NCBI GenBank assembly: GCA_030065635.1
Contig: JASJDJ010000056.1
Location: 1 to 29,967, forward strand
Source of the DNA: Xenococcaceae cyanobacterium MO_188.B32
GTDB lineage: Bacteria; Cyanobacteriota; Cyanobacteriia; Cyanobacteriales; Xenococcaceae
DNA: 29,967 nt
Direction: 5' to 3'
Shown here: piece by piece, positions 9,101-17,683 of the stretch
Layout of the letters: the number at the start of each line of letters is the position of its first letter
Numbering within the stretch: position 1 is the stretch's first letter
The notes under the pieces: generated by a model
What the model was told of the DNA's origin: nothing
What the model saw: the letters and a program-made list of their open reading frames with translations, nothing else
The model's database searches: none
Translations under genes and position numbers: made by a program

Positions 9101-9285
9101 AAACTAACCCTGAAAAGCTAAACCCTCTGTCACAATTGCCTACAAGTATTTTGAAGAATTGTTTTCCCCACTCCATCGTTTTCAAAATTTTATCCTATAC
9201 GGCTAAGCGGAAAGTATCTATTAAAGCCTTAGTATTACTGGCAATTATTATCAATTTAGTGAATCAGTGACACACTTACCATTTT

Positions 9286-10116
9286 ATGAAATCTAAATTA
9301 TTACAAAATCTCGCTGCCAAATTGAGTAAGGCTTCTTCAATAGTCAGGATAGTATTTTTACTAATTTGCTTAGTTTTAATATGGTTGCCTTTGGCAGCAC
9401 CAATCTATTTATTACTGAATGAAGACCCGAATTTAGTAACAATCTTAACAATGGGATTGTTATTTGTTGAGTTTTTATTTTTACTGCAATTTTGGGGTAA
9501 ATATGTCGATCGAGAAACCAATTTATTAGTCAAGTATGGTTTAGTCCGCACAAAAAAAAATGGTATTGAGTTAGTTAATGGTTTAGCGATTGGTTTTTCT
9601 TTTTGTATTAGTTTATTTATTCTGGAAGCAATTTTGGGTTGGGTTAAATTTAATACTCCTTCAGTTTTTTTTGTCAAAATAGTTGTAGAAGGATTACTGA
9701 GTGCTTTGGGGATTGGTTTTGCGGAGGAGTTATTTTTTCGCGGTTGGATACTAGAAGAGTTGCAAAGAGACTATACAAGAGAAATTAGTGCTTGGATTAA
9801 TGCTGTAATTTTTGCTTTGGCTCATTTTATTAAACCACTAGCAGAAATACTTCGTACTTTTGTTACTTTTCCTGCTCTAGTTGTTCTAGGGTTGACTTTA
9901 GTATGGGCAAAATGGAAAGGGGGCGATCGCCTGGGTATGTCTATTGGTCTTCATGCAGGTTTGGTTTGGGGTTACTATATTCTCAATATAGGACAGCTAT
10001 TGCAATATACTGAGAAAGTTCCAGTTTGGGTTACAGGCATTGACGGTAACCCGATCGCGGGTTTAATGGGATTATTTTTTTTGAGTATATTAGCTTGGTG
10101 GATGAGGGGAACTTAG
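9286..10116 (+). CDS. CPBP-family intramembrane glutamic protease (CAAX protease, Abi-like).
   Basis: FAEELFFRGW motif and FALAHF motif in a polytopic membrane protein. Confidence 0.75.
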   Translation: MKSKLLQNLAAKLSKASSIVRIVFLLICLVLIWLPLAAPIYLLLNEDPNLVTILTMGLLFVEFLFLLQFWGKYVDRETNLLVKYGLVRTKKNGIELVNGLAIGFSFCISLFILEAILGWVKFNTPSVFFVKIVVEGLLSALGIGFAEELFFRGWILEELQRDYTREISAWINAVIFALAHFIKPLAEILRTFVTFPALVVLGLTLVWAKWKGGDRLGMSIGLHAGLVWGYYILNIGQLLQYTEKVPVWVTGIDGNPIAGLMGLFFLSILAWWMRGT

Positions 10117-10195
10117 GAGCTTCAGGGGCAGAGGGACAGGGGAGCAGAGGAGCTTCAGGGGCAGGGGAGAGCAGAGAGGCAGAGGGAGAAATAAA
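10116..10195. repeat. GA-rich low-complexity stretch with a duplicated 16-mer ggagcttcaggggcag at 10116 and 10149.
   Basis: Seen directly. It follows the CPBP stop. Its translation is low-complexity and it does not look coding. Confidence 0.7.
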
Positions 10196-10228
10196 TAATT
10201 TTTATTCTAGCTACTTAAATTAATTAAA

Positions 10229-10705
10229 ATGCGATCGCAAAAACACAAAATCGATTATTCTACAAGTAAATTATTAATTATTGGTTGGCGAGAAATTGTT
10301 GCTTTACCCAATTTAGGTATTAGTCAGATTAAAGTAAAAATTGATACAGGGGCGCGATCTTCTGCTTTACACGCTTTTCATCTACACAAATTTCAGCGTG
10401 ATGGTCAAGAAATGATTAGTTTTCAAGTTCATCCCTATCAGCGAGATAGTAAGCAGACTGTAACTACAGAAGCAAAATTATTAGAACATAGAGAAGTACG
10501 TAATTCTGGTGGAGAAGCTCAACTTCGCCCCGTAATCCTTACTAATGTAGAATTAGGTGGTAAGCAGTGGGAGATCGAACTTACTCTTACAAATCGTGAT
10601 GTCATGGGATTTCGGATGTTATTGGGTAGACAAGCAGTGCGCGATCGATTTCTGGTCGATCCAGGAAAATCATTTATCCAAAGTCGCCAGCATAAAGAAA
10701 AATAG
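10229..10705 (+). CDS. RimK-associated ATP-dependent zinc protease family protein (retropepsin-like, DUF785).
   Basis: [35 protein letters not shown] and the position immediately upstream of rimK. Confidence 0.7.
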   Translation: MRSQKHKIDYSTSKLLIIGWREIVALPNLGISQIKVKIDTGARSSALHAFHLHKFQRDGQEMISFQVHPYQRDSKQTVTTEAKLLEHREVRNSGGEAQLRPVILTNVELGGKQWEIELTLTNRDVMGFRMLLGRQAVRDRFLVDPGKSFIQSRQHKEK

Positions 10706-10731
10706 TAGAAGTCAAAAATAAAGTATACAAG

Positions 10732-11637
10732 ATGAAAATTGCTATTCTATCGCAAGACCCTTGTCTTTACTCAACTAGAAGGCTTAGAGAAGCAGGAGAA
10801 GCCCAAGGACACGATATGCGGGTGATTAATTATCTGCGCTGCTATATGAATATTACTTCCCACCGACCGTCCGTTGCTTACAATGGTAAACCTCTAGAAG
10901 ATTTTGATGCCATTATTCCCAGAATTGGTGCATCTAAAACCTTTTATGGTACGGCAGTAGTCCGTCAATTTGAAGTGATGGGAGTTTTTCCCACTAACGA
11001 ATCTCAGGCAATTTCTCGTTCTCGCGATAAGCTACGCAGTATGCAAATTTTAGCTAGAGAAGGAGTAGGCTTACCCGTAACCGGATTTGCCCACGCTACC
11101 CAAGATATTGACGGTTTAATCGAAACGGTAGGAGGTGCGCCTTTAGTAATTAAGTTACTCGAAGGAACACAGGGAATAGGGGTAGTTTTAGCAGAAACTT
11201 ATCAAGCAGCTAAATCGGTAATTGAAGCCTTTCGCGGTTTAGATGCCAATATTTTAGTACAAGAGTATATTAAAGAAGCTCAAGGAGCAGATCTACGCTG
11301 TTTTGTGATTGGAGGCAAAGTGATAGCAGCCATGAAACGTCAAGGGGCTGAAGGAGAATTTCGTTCTAATCTTCATCGGGGAGGAAAAGCCGAAAAAATT
11401 AAATTAACCCCAGAAGAAAGAAGTACTGCTATTCGGGCTGCTAAAGCTATGGGTTTGCGAGTAGCTGGAGTAGATTTATTACGTTCTAATCATGGTCCGG
11501 TAGTGATGGAAGTTAATTCTTCTCCTGGGTTAGAAGGTATTGAAAAAGCAACAGAAATAGATGTAGCTGGCAAAATAATTGAATATGTAGCCAAAAATGC
11601 TATTTCAGGGAAAACTCGCGATCGCATTCAGTATTAG
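10732..11637 (+). CDS. rimK: Ribosomal protein S6 L-glutamate ligase (ATP-grasp).
   Basis: MKIAILS...[21 protein letters not shown]...[23 protein letters not shown]...[10 protein letters not shown] are RimK ATP-grasp motifs. Confidence 0.9.
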   Translation: MKIAILSQDPCLYSTRRLREAGEAQGHDMRVINYLRCYMNITSHRPSVAYNGKPLEDFDAIIPRIGASKTFYGTAVVRQFEVMGVFPTNESQAISRSRDKLRSMQILAREGVGLPVTGFAHATQDIDGLIETVGGAPLVIKLLEGTQGIGVVLAETYQAAKSVIEAFRGLDANILVQEYIKEAQGADLRCFVIGGKVIAAMKRQGAEGEFRSNLHRGGKAEKIKLTPEERSTAIRAAKAMGLRVAGVDLLRSNHGPVVMEVNSSPGLEGIEKATEIDVAGKIIEYVAKNAISGKTRDRIQY

Positions 11638-11657
11638 GGATTGGGGATTAGGGAAAA

Positions 11658-12611
11658 TTGGAAGCGAATACCATTGAAATTGCCAAAGAAATTATAGAAC
11701 CAGGGCGATCGCGTCGTTTCGATATTCCCGTCAGTCGTCTACCCACCCAAACTTTATTATCTCTACCTGTTACTGTTGTTAATGGTATTGAAGCAGGGCC
11801 TAAATTATGGCTTAGTGCAGCAATTCACGGTGATGAACTCAACGGTGTAGAAATTATTCGTCAGGTATTAGCCCAAATACAACCAGAACAGTTGCGGGGT
11901 ACTCTAATTGCCGTCCCCATTGTTAATGTTTTTGGTTTTATCGAACAATCTCGTTATTTACCTGACAGAAGAGATTTAAATCGTTCCTTTCCTGGTTCGG
12001 AAACTGGTTCTTTGGCATCTCGTTTGGCAAATTTATTTGTGAGAGAAATAGTAAGCAAAAGTACTCACGGCATTGACTTACATACGGCTGCTATTCATCG
12101 CATTAATCTACCGCAAATTCGGGCTAATCTTGAGGATGGGGAAACTTATCGCTGTGCCAAGGCTTTTGGTACGCCAATTATTATACACGCCACAACTAGA
12201 GATGGTTCTTTACGACAGGCAGCAACCAAAAAAGGTATTCCGATCTTACTTTACGAAGCAGGAGAAGCTTTACGTTTCGATCCTATAGCTATTCGCGCTG
12301 GAGTAGAAGGCATCCTCAGAGTTATAGAATATTTGCAAATGTATCAATTTGATTCTCTTTCTATTCCCTCTACTCCTACAGAAATAAGACAGAGTAAATG
12401 GATTAGGGCATCTAGAGGAGGAATTTTTCATCTAGAAGTTACCTTGGGGGAAAAAGTTGCCAAAAAACAATCGTTAGGCTTTATTACCGATGCCTTTGGC
12501 GAAAATAAAGTTATAGTTCGTGCTAACGTCGAGGGGATAGTTATCAGTCATATTCAGAATCCTCTGGTTAATCAAGGGGATGCGATCGTACACTTAGCAG
12601 TAATCGAATAG
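11658..12611 (+). CDS. Succinylglutamate desuccinylase/aspartoacylase (AstE/AspA) family zinc hydrolase, the third member of the rimK module. It has a TTG start.
   Basis: AAIHGDELNG, DLNRSFPG and DLHTA motifs. 317 aa. The TTG at 11658 is preceded by gggaaaa. Confidence 0.75.
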   Translation: MEANTIEIAKEIIEPGRSRRFDIPVSRLPTQTLLSLPVTVVNGIEAGPKLWLSAAIHGDELNGVEIIRQVLAQIQPEQLRGTLIAVPIVNVFGFIEQSRYLPDRRDLNRSFPGSETGSLASRLANLFVREIVSKSTHGIDLHTAAIHRINLPQIRANLEDGETYRCAKAFGTPIIIHATTRDGSLRQAATKKGIPILLYEAGEALRFDPIAIRAGVEGILRVIEYLQMYQFDSLSIPSTPTEIRQSKWIRASRGGIFHLEVTLGEKVAKKQSLGFITDAFGENKVIVRANVEGIVISHIQNPLVNQGDAIVHLAVIE

Positions 12612-12895
12612 AGTGACTGCTCCCGACGCTCTATCCGTAGGATGAGCGCGGGCTTCTCTAACTCACGCTAGAGATTTTGCTGCCCCGCGCCACTTATCTA
12701 GGCAAAATGCCCCCGACAGCCCGACTTGACAGCCTATTTCTTTCCCCCAAAGTCCTTGGGTACTAAGCATTTCTATACCTCGATTACACAGTTCTTGAGC
12801 CGATGCAATATCTCTGTCAGTTTCGTATAGACACTCAGGACAGGAGTGGATTCTATCCTCTAGTTCTTTCCCTACACTTTGGATTTGTCGTAAAC
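12612..12895 (-). pseudogene. tnpB: Second copy of the IS200/IS605 element, right end (12612-12662) plus the last ~70 codons of tnpB only. It is inverted and truncated by the adjacent MITE-like element.
   Basis: The reverse complement is about 90% identical to 500-753, reading ...LEDRIHSCPECLYETDRDIASAQELCNRGIEMLSTQGLWGKEIGCQVGLSGAFCLDKWRGAAKSLA*. The hairpin 12622-12652 is conserved. The right end abuts the stop of the AstE-family gene. Confidence 0.8.
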
Positions 12896-12897
12896 AC

Positions 12898-12998
12898 TAA
12901 TTATAATGGCATCGCCGGGAGGGGGCTTGAAAACAAAGTTATTCAATTGGGCAGCACAACCAGGGTCTGATTAAGCCCCCTTCCCGCCATTATAATTA
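12898..12998. mobile_element. MITE-like 101-bp non-autonomous element with perfect 13-bp terminal inverted repeats (taattataatggc / gccattataatta) and inner inverted repeats atcgccgggagggggctt / aagcccccttcccgcc.
   Basis: Seen directly. The ends can be read as TA plus attataat TIRs (Tc1/IS630-like) or as an 8-bp palindromic target duplication. A degenerate relative lies at 21690-21771. Confidence 0.6.
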
Positions 12999-13067
12999 GT
13001 TTGGGGGAGTCCATGGATCCCGACTCCTATCCGAAGGATAGGAGCGGGACTTATAGCTCCCCCAAAC
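12999..13067. repeat. 69-bp palindromic element with 11-bp inverted ends gtttgggggag / ctcccccaaac. It encloses a hairpin (13019-13048) related to the tnpB right-end hairpin.
   Basis: cccgaCTCCTATCCgaaGGATAGGAGcggg compared with the right-end hairpin cccgCTCTCTATCCaaaGGATGAGAGtcggg. This is the third copy of this hairpin family in the window. Confidence 0.55.
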
Positions 13068-13146
13068 CCCCTCAAAGGTTAAAAGTCAAACGTTTATTTC
13101 GGTAGAGTTACTTATCTAATCTGTTTGCCAAAATTTTGATGAATAA

Positions 13147-14049
13147 TTGAGGTTGAACGATTTACTGGTTAACAAAAATAAAATGACTCTCCAACAAAAT
13201 CTGGAAAATCATCTCAGACAAATTGTAAGGGAACGCGACCCCTATCTTGCTTCTGGAGGACATTTTTTCGTTAAAGAATATATTCGCCAGCAATTAGAAC
13301 AATGGGGAGACGTAGAAACTCATGAATTTGAGGTCAGAGGAAACAAATATCAAAATCTTATTCTCAATCTTATTTCCGAACAAAATAAAAATTTACCTCC
13401 AATTTTAATCGGCGCACATTATGATGCAGTACCAGGAACACCTGGTGCAGATGATAATGCTACAGGGGTAGCCGTATTATTGGAGTTGGCATCAGCTTTT
13501 GTCTGTAATCCACCTCCCTATCCCATTCAATTGGTGGCTTTCGATCTCGAAGAATGTCTACTGTTTGAGGGCGAAAACTATTGTTTATCGGGAAGTAGGG
13601 CTTATGCAGAATATCTTTATCACCAGAAACAACCTTTGCGTTTGATGTTGTCTTTGGAGATGTTAGGATATTGCGATCGCACCAATAATTCCCAACAATA
13701 TCCAGCCGACTTTCTCAAATACTTCTATCCAAACCGCGGTGACTTTATTGCTTTAGTAGGCAATCTCAAAACTCTTCCCGATTTGATTCGCCTAGATAGA
13801 AAAATTCGTCACTCTGGTACTCCCTGTCGATGGTTAGCTTCACCTAATAACGGTAATTTTATTAATGCAACTAGAAAGAGCGATCATAGTCCTTTTTGGG
13901 ATCGGGGTTATCGCGCCATAATGGTGACAGATACAGCTTTTTTACGCAATCCTCACTACCATAAAGCTAGCGATACTATAGAAACATTGGATTTCGATTT
14001 TCTTACTAGCGTCTGTCAGTCTTTGATTGCAGCCATACCCTATCTTTAA
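13147..14049 (+). CDS. M28-family zinc aminopeptidase. The alternative start is ATG 13183.
   Basis: GAHYDAVPGTPGADDNATGVAVLLELA, the M28 metal-ligand region, and DHSPFWDRG. Confidence 0.75.
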   Translation: MRLNDLLVNKNKMTLQQNLENHLRQIVRERDPYLASGGHFFVKEYIRQQLEQWGDVETHEFEVRGNKYQNLILNLISEQNKNLPPILIGAHYDAVPGTPGADDNATGVAVLLELASAFVCNPPPYPIQLVAFDLEECLLFEGENYCLSGSRAYAEYLYHQKQPLRLMLSLEMLGYCDRTNNSQQYPADFLKYFYPNRGDFIALVGNLKTLPDLIRLDRKIRHSGTPCRWLASPNNGNFINATRKSDHSPFWDRGYRAIMVTDTAFLRNPHYHKASDTIETLDFDFLTSVCQSLIAAIPYL

Positions 14050-14050
14050 G

Positions 14051-14914
14051 CTAATATTTCGTAGCACAAATTAATCCAAAACGAATTAATCCTCTGTCAT
14101 AACCTCGACTCATTAGACTTAGAGATAATGCACCCTGAATAGTTTGCCAGCCAGCTTTAAATAGCCCCAACATTGCTTGGGGGTTAAACGCTGAATCTAT
14201 AACCACATCCCAAAAAGGTGCAACTGCTGTTGACCAATCATCTGAACGTATATTTTTAAAACCACACTCAAGGGCGATCGATCTATATTCAGATAGAGAA
14301 ATAACATAGGGTAAGCAATACACTCGATAAATCTCTTTAAGATGTCTTACTTCATCGGTGGTTAATTCTCCTGCTAAGGAATTAGTCTCGCGATGACACC
14401 AAGTAGCCAAAATTAACTTACCTCCTGGTTGCAGCACTCGGTAACACTCCTGCAAAAATTTGGTTTTATCGGGCATATGTTCGCCACTTTCTAAAGACCA
14501 GACCAAATCAAAGCTATTATCGACAAAAGGCATCTCTAAAGCGTTATCAACCTGAAATTGTCCTTTTTTGGCTAAATTTGCCTCTTTCGCTCTTTCTGTT
14601 GCTCTAGATGCTTGTACGGGAGATAAAGTAATTCCTGTAGCATTGGCACCAAACTTCTCGGCTAAATAAAGGGTACTCCCGCCAATACCACAACCGACAT
14701 CAATAATATTTTTAGGTACATTGGCTGTATTTTGATAACCTGCCCAGATGAGTAATTCTTCGATCAGCTCGATTTGTGCCTGACGACGTTCCATTTTATA
14801 GTTACCAGCCCTACCATAGTAACCATGGTGCATATGCTCGCCCCAAATCTGTTCCCACAATCCACTAGAAGCATCATAGAATTCTTGAATTTGTTGATAT
14901 AAGCTACTACTCAT
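14051..14914 (-). CDS. Gamma-tocopherol methyltransferase (SAM-dependent, VTE4/slr0089-type).
   Basis: LYQQIQEFYDASSGLWEQIWGEHMHHGYYG...DVGCGIGGSTLYLA...LATWCHR...YCLPYV...WSTAVAPFWD are near-collinear with known cyanobacterial gamma-TMT proteins. Confidence 0.85.
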   Translation of the reverse strand: MSSSLYQQIQEFYDASSGLWEQIWGEHMHHGYYGRAGNYKMERRQAQIELIEELLIWAGYQNTANVPKNIIDVGCGIGGSTLYLAEKFGANATGITLSPVQASRATERAKEANLAKKGQFQVDNALEMPFVDNSFDLVWSLESGEHMPDKTKFLQECYRVLQPGGKLILATWCHRETNSLAGELTTDEVRHLKEIYRVYCLPYVISLSEYRSIALECGFKNIRSDDWSTAVAPFWDVVIDSAFNPQAMLGLFKAGWQTIQGALSLSLMSRGYDRGLIRFGLICATKY

Positions 14915-15053
14915 CAGTTTTATGAATTAAAGTATTTACAATTGAATAGAATTCCTTTCCCCAAACAGAAAAAAGAAGTTGCTGAATTGGCGATCGCGAG
15001 TCAGAATTTATCTTAGACCTCTTGCATAAGTCTCATAGACCTCGGTTAAGTTG

Positions 15054-15081
15054 AGGTAAAAGGTAAAAGGTAAAAGGTAAA
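15054..15081. repeat. Heptamer tandem repeat (AGGTAAA) with 4 copies.
   Basis: Seen directly. It is embedded between 13-bp inverted repeats tagacctcttgca at 15014-15026 and tgcaagaggtcta at 15113-15125. Confidence 0.85.
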
Positions 15082-15094
15082 AAGGATTAATTTT

Positions 15095-15282
15095 GATTTC
15101 TTATTTATTTTTGCAAGAGGTCTAATTTTTGGCTTTCCCTTTTCTCCTTTCAGACGGGCAATTTCATCTTTGAGTTCTTGAATACACTCTTCCCTCTCTC
15201 GTAGTAACTGCCACAGGAGAGTCTCACGGTTGGAGAGGTCTTCGTCGGATAGCTGGGGGAGTTTAGATAGTTTTATGCCCAT
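15095..15282 (-). pseudogene. Transposase N-terminal fragment (leucine-zipper plus basic region, IS66-like style). It is truncated, and the C-terminus of the listed ORF is encoded by the heptamer repeat.
   Basis: MGIKLSKLPQLSDEDLSNRETLLWQLLREREECIQELKDEIARLKGEKGKPKIRP, then FTFYLLPFT, which is the translation of the ttttacc repeats. Confidence 0.35.
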
Positions 15283-15506
15283 AGCTGAAAATCTTACCAG
15301 TTCACGATGGAGATGGGAAGTCTGGGCTTACTCGCCCTCTTCCTATCTGACCTGCCCGTCCCCATTTCTCGCGGCGAGTCCTCCCAGACTTATTGAGAAG
15401 GTTCCAATTTCCCAACGACTGAGAAGCGCGACAGTTGAAATTACCACTCGCTATGGTGGGGGTTCGGGAGTAATTTGGTAGAATATTTTATCAAGACAAT
15501 CGCCCG

Positions 15507-16181
15507 ATGATTCGGATTGCAGTATATCAATCTAACTCGATCGCGACCGCTGGTTTAGTTAGCATCCTCTCTCGTTTTAGCGAGACTTGCACTTGTCAAA
15601 ACAACCTCGAAAGGTGTCCTCGCTCCGATTTACAAATAGTGGGGAGTTTTGACGATGAAACTAGTCTAATATCGATGAGCGATCGCGCTTTCGATTTATT
15701 GCTACTAGAGCGAATGCCTGAAGAGGATTTGTGGTGGTTAGAGCGATGGATGTTAACAGTAGATTTTGAGATTGCAGGAATTTTATTAACTGATTCGATA
15801 GCTACTGAAGAGATAGGTGAATATCTTAGTTTGGGTTTTAAGGCTTTTTTACCTCGTCTGACCAATATTGAAGAAATTATTGCTACGATCGATGCTGTCA
15901 TGGCTGGTTTAATTGTAATTCATCCAGAGTTAGGATGTTTTGAAGAAAGGGATTCGGCAATTACTCCAGAACCTCAATCGGCAATTTATTTAACTTCTAG
16001 AGAATTAGAAGTATTGCAGTTACTCGGGGCTGGTTTAAATAATAAGGCGATCGCCTCACGACTTCAAATATCCAAACATACAGTTAAATTTCACATCAGT
16101 TCAATTCTATCTAAGCTTTGTGTATCCAGTCGCACCGAAGCGGTTACATTGGGATTGCGACAGGGACTAATTAGGCTTTAA
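15507..16181 (+). CDS. LuxR-family transcriptional regulator with an atypical (pseudo-)receiver domain.
   Basis: C-terminal HTH LTSRELEVLQLLGAGLNNKAIASRLQISKHTVKFHISSILSKL. N-terminus IRIAVYQSN lacks the acidic pair. LLLLERMPEE has Glu where the phospho-acceptor Asp is expected. Confidence 0.75.
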   Translation: MIRIAVYQSNSIATAGLVSILSRFSETCTCQNNLERCPRSDLQIVGSFDDETSLISMSDRAFDLLLLERMPEEDLWWLERWMLTVDFEIAGILLTDSIATEEIGEYLSLGFKAFLPRLTNIEEIIATIDAVMAGLIVIHPELGCFEERDSAITPEPQSAIYLTSRELEVLQLLGAGLNNKAIASRLQISKHTVKFHISSILSKLCVSSRTEAVTLGLRQGLIRL

Positions 16182-16393
16182 TCATCTGTGACAAGTTAAG
16201 AAACTACGTTGTTTGTCAATAGCGTGATTGGACATGGCGAAAAAGCACAAATCAGTGATGTTATAAATTTAAAATGAAAGCTAGATTTATTCATGGGTAG
16301 TTCAAATGGATATTTAGTCGTAATTACAACTCATCTGTAACACTAGTTGAAAAATCATTCGACTCAGTTATAGGATGAATTAAACCCAGAAAG

Positions 16394-16654
16394 ATGAAGA
16401 CAATTCTGATCCTATCAGCTAACCCTAAAGGAACATTTAGTCTGGAGCTCGATCGAGAGATTCGCGACATCCGAGAAGCAGTGGACAAGCAGGGTTCAGA
16501 TTATCAAGTCAAATCTAGAGTGGCTGTCCGACGCAAAGACTTGGAATCTGCCTTGCTCAATAAAAAATCATCAGATCTTTTAAAATTATTCTCGGTCAGG
16601 ATTTTTCATTTATTAACGATCGCTTGTGCAATACGGCTAAGCTATTACCATTAG
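16394..16654 (+). pseudogene. Degraded 5' remnant of a caspase-like (CHAT-type) effector domain gene.
   Basis: MKTILILSANPKGTFSLELDREIRDIREAV...RVAVRRKDLESALL matches the conserved start of cyanobacterial caspase-like domains (ILILAANPKDT..LRLDEEVREI...VHFSGHG). The His motif region is garbled and the frame stops. There is no downstream continuation. Confidence 0.45.
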
Positions 16655-16864
16655 TTCCTCTAGTAGAAGGAATGGAATCTGTAAGCAGCAGACTGGCAAA
16701 TGTTCAAAAATTTCAGGAGGGAATTAGTTCTTTAAAAGAACTGAAAGATCGCTTAATCCCACATTCATCAGCCCCCTTTATGTAATAAAACAGATTACGC
16801 CATTTAGAGGGTTTGGCGTACGCTATTTTCTCTTGGCGATCGCGCTTGGCGTAATTACCGCCAA

Positions 16865-17128
16865 TTGGCGATCGCCAAATCAAAGTTCTCCCTTTTTGGC
16901 GATCGCGCTCTTTGTGATCTACTGAAAGTAGGTTCTCTTGACAGTCGCGGACTGGCTAGGGCTTTAACAGGAAATATTCAAGGAGCGATCGATGACTTTC
17001 AAGAGTATGTTAAGTCTCCTCACAGAGCGGAAAGGTATAAAAGCAAGCGTCAACAATGGATTGAGGCTCTTAAAAAGGGAGAAAATCCGTTTACCGATGA
17101 GGTTTTAGAGGATTTGAAGAATGAGTGA
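16865..17128 (+). CDS. Hypothetical 87-aa ORF, possibly a C-terminal relic of the degraded gene upstream. Its coding status is uncertain.
   Basis: It begins inside a cluster of three extended HIP1 sites. The C-terminal half ...RQQWIEALKKGENPFTDEVLEDL looks protein-like. Confidence 0.25.
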   Translation: MAIAKSKFSLFGDRALCDLLKVGSLDSRGLARALTGNIQGAIDDFQEYVKSPHRAERYKSKRQQWIEALKKGENPFTDEVLEDLKNE

Positions 17129-17416
17129 CTACTAATCTCGTCGTGATTTCAGTTTGCTCCCACACCTTCCCAAACTGAGTCAGATAAACTTTAGACAGCT
17201 TTAATCACTGACTAATTTTTTACCATTGGAGACAGAGGAAAATACTATCTAAAATGGAGGAAGAGGACTCCCGACTAAACCGACGTAGTCGGTTAGCGGG
17301 AGACGGGGCTTTTAAAGTGCTTAAGTAAATTCAGCACGCAGCCCCTCATGAATTCCGACAAAAAAACAAACGGCGAGAGTCGTCAATAAGTAAACATGGC
17401 TAGATAATCGATAATC

Positions 17417-17683
17417 ATGAATCGCGCTATCAAACCAGTCCTCGGAACAATTTCTCTGTTTGGTTTAATTTTGACTGTCCTGGTGCTACAAGCTGGAGGA
17501 TGGAATAATTTTAAACTGCGCTATTTTCATCTAACTAGCTATTTTCACAGCCAAGAGCGAGAGTTAGAAGATATTCGCGCTGATAATCTCAATCCAGTTG
17601 AATCTAGCCGTATCGATCTATCGGAACTACTCAATGTCGCGCTGATAATACCCTCTACTCTCAACCTTGGGGGATGGGCATAG
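17417..17683 (+). CDS. Hypothetical small protein with one N-terminal TM helix. Its coding status is uncertain.
   Basis: 88-aa ORF whose composition looks natural. It lies in an otherwise ORF-poor region. Confidence 0.25.
   Translation: MNRAIKPVLGTISLFGLILTVLVLQAGGWNNFKLRYFHLTSYFHSQERELEDIRADNLNPVESSRIDLSELLNVALIIPSTLNLGGWA

Noticed and set aside
10116-10195. Possible coding extension or CRISPR-like repeat after the CPBP gene.
   Set aside because: There are only two copies of a 16-mer within GA-rich low-complexity sequence. There are no regular spacers, and the translation ELQGQRDRGAEELQGQG is low-complexity.
15230-15481. Plus-strand 83-aa ORF between the transposase fragment and the LuxR gene.
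   Set aside because: Translation rich in Ser, Pro and Trp (SSDSWGSLDS...SPSSYLTCPSPFLAASPP), no RBS, and it overlaps IS debris. It is likely non-coding.
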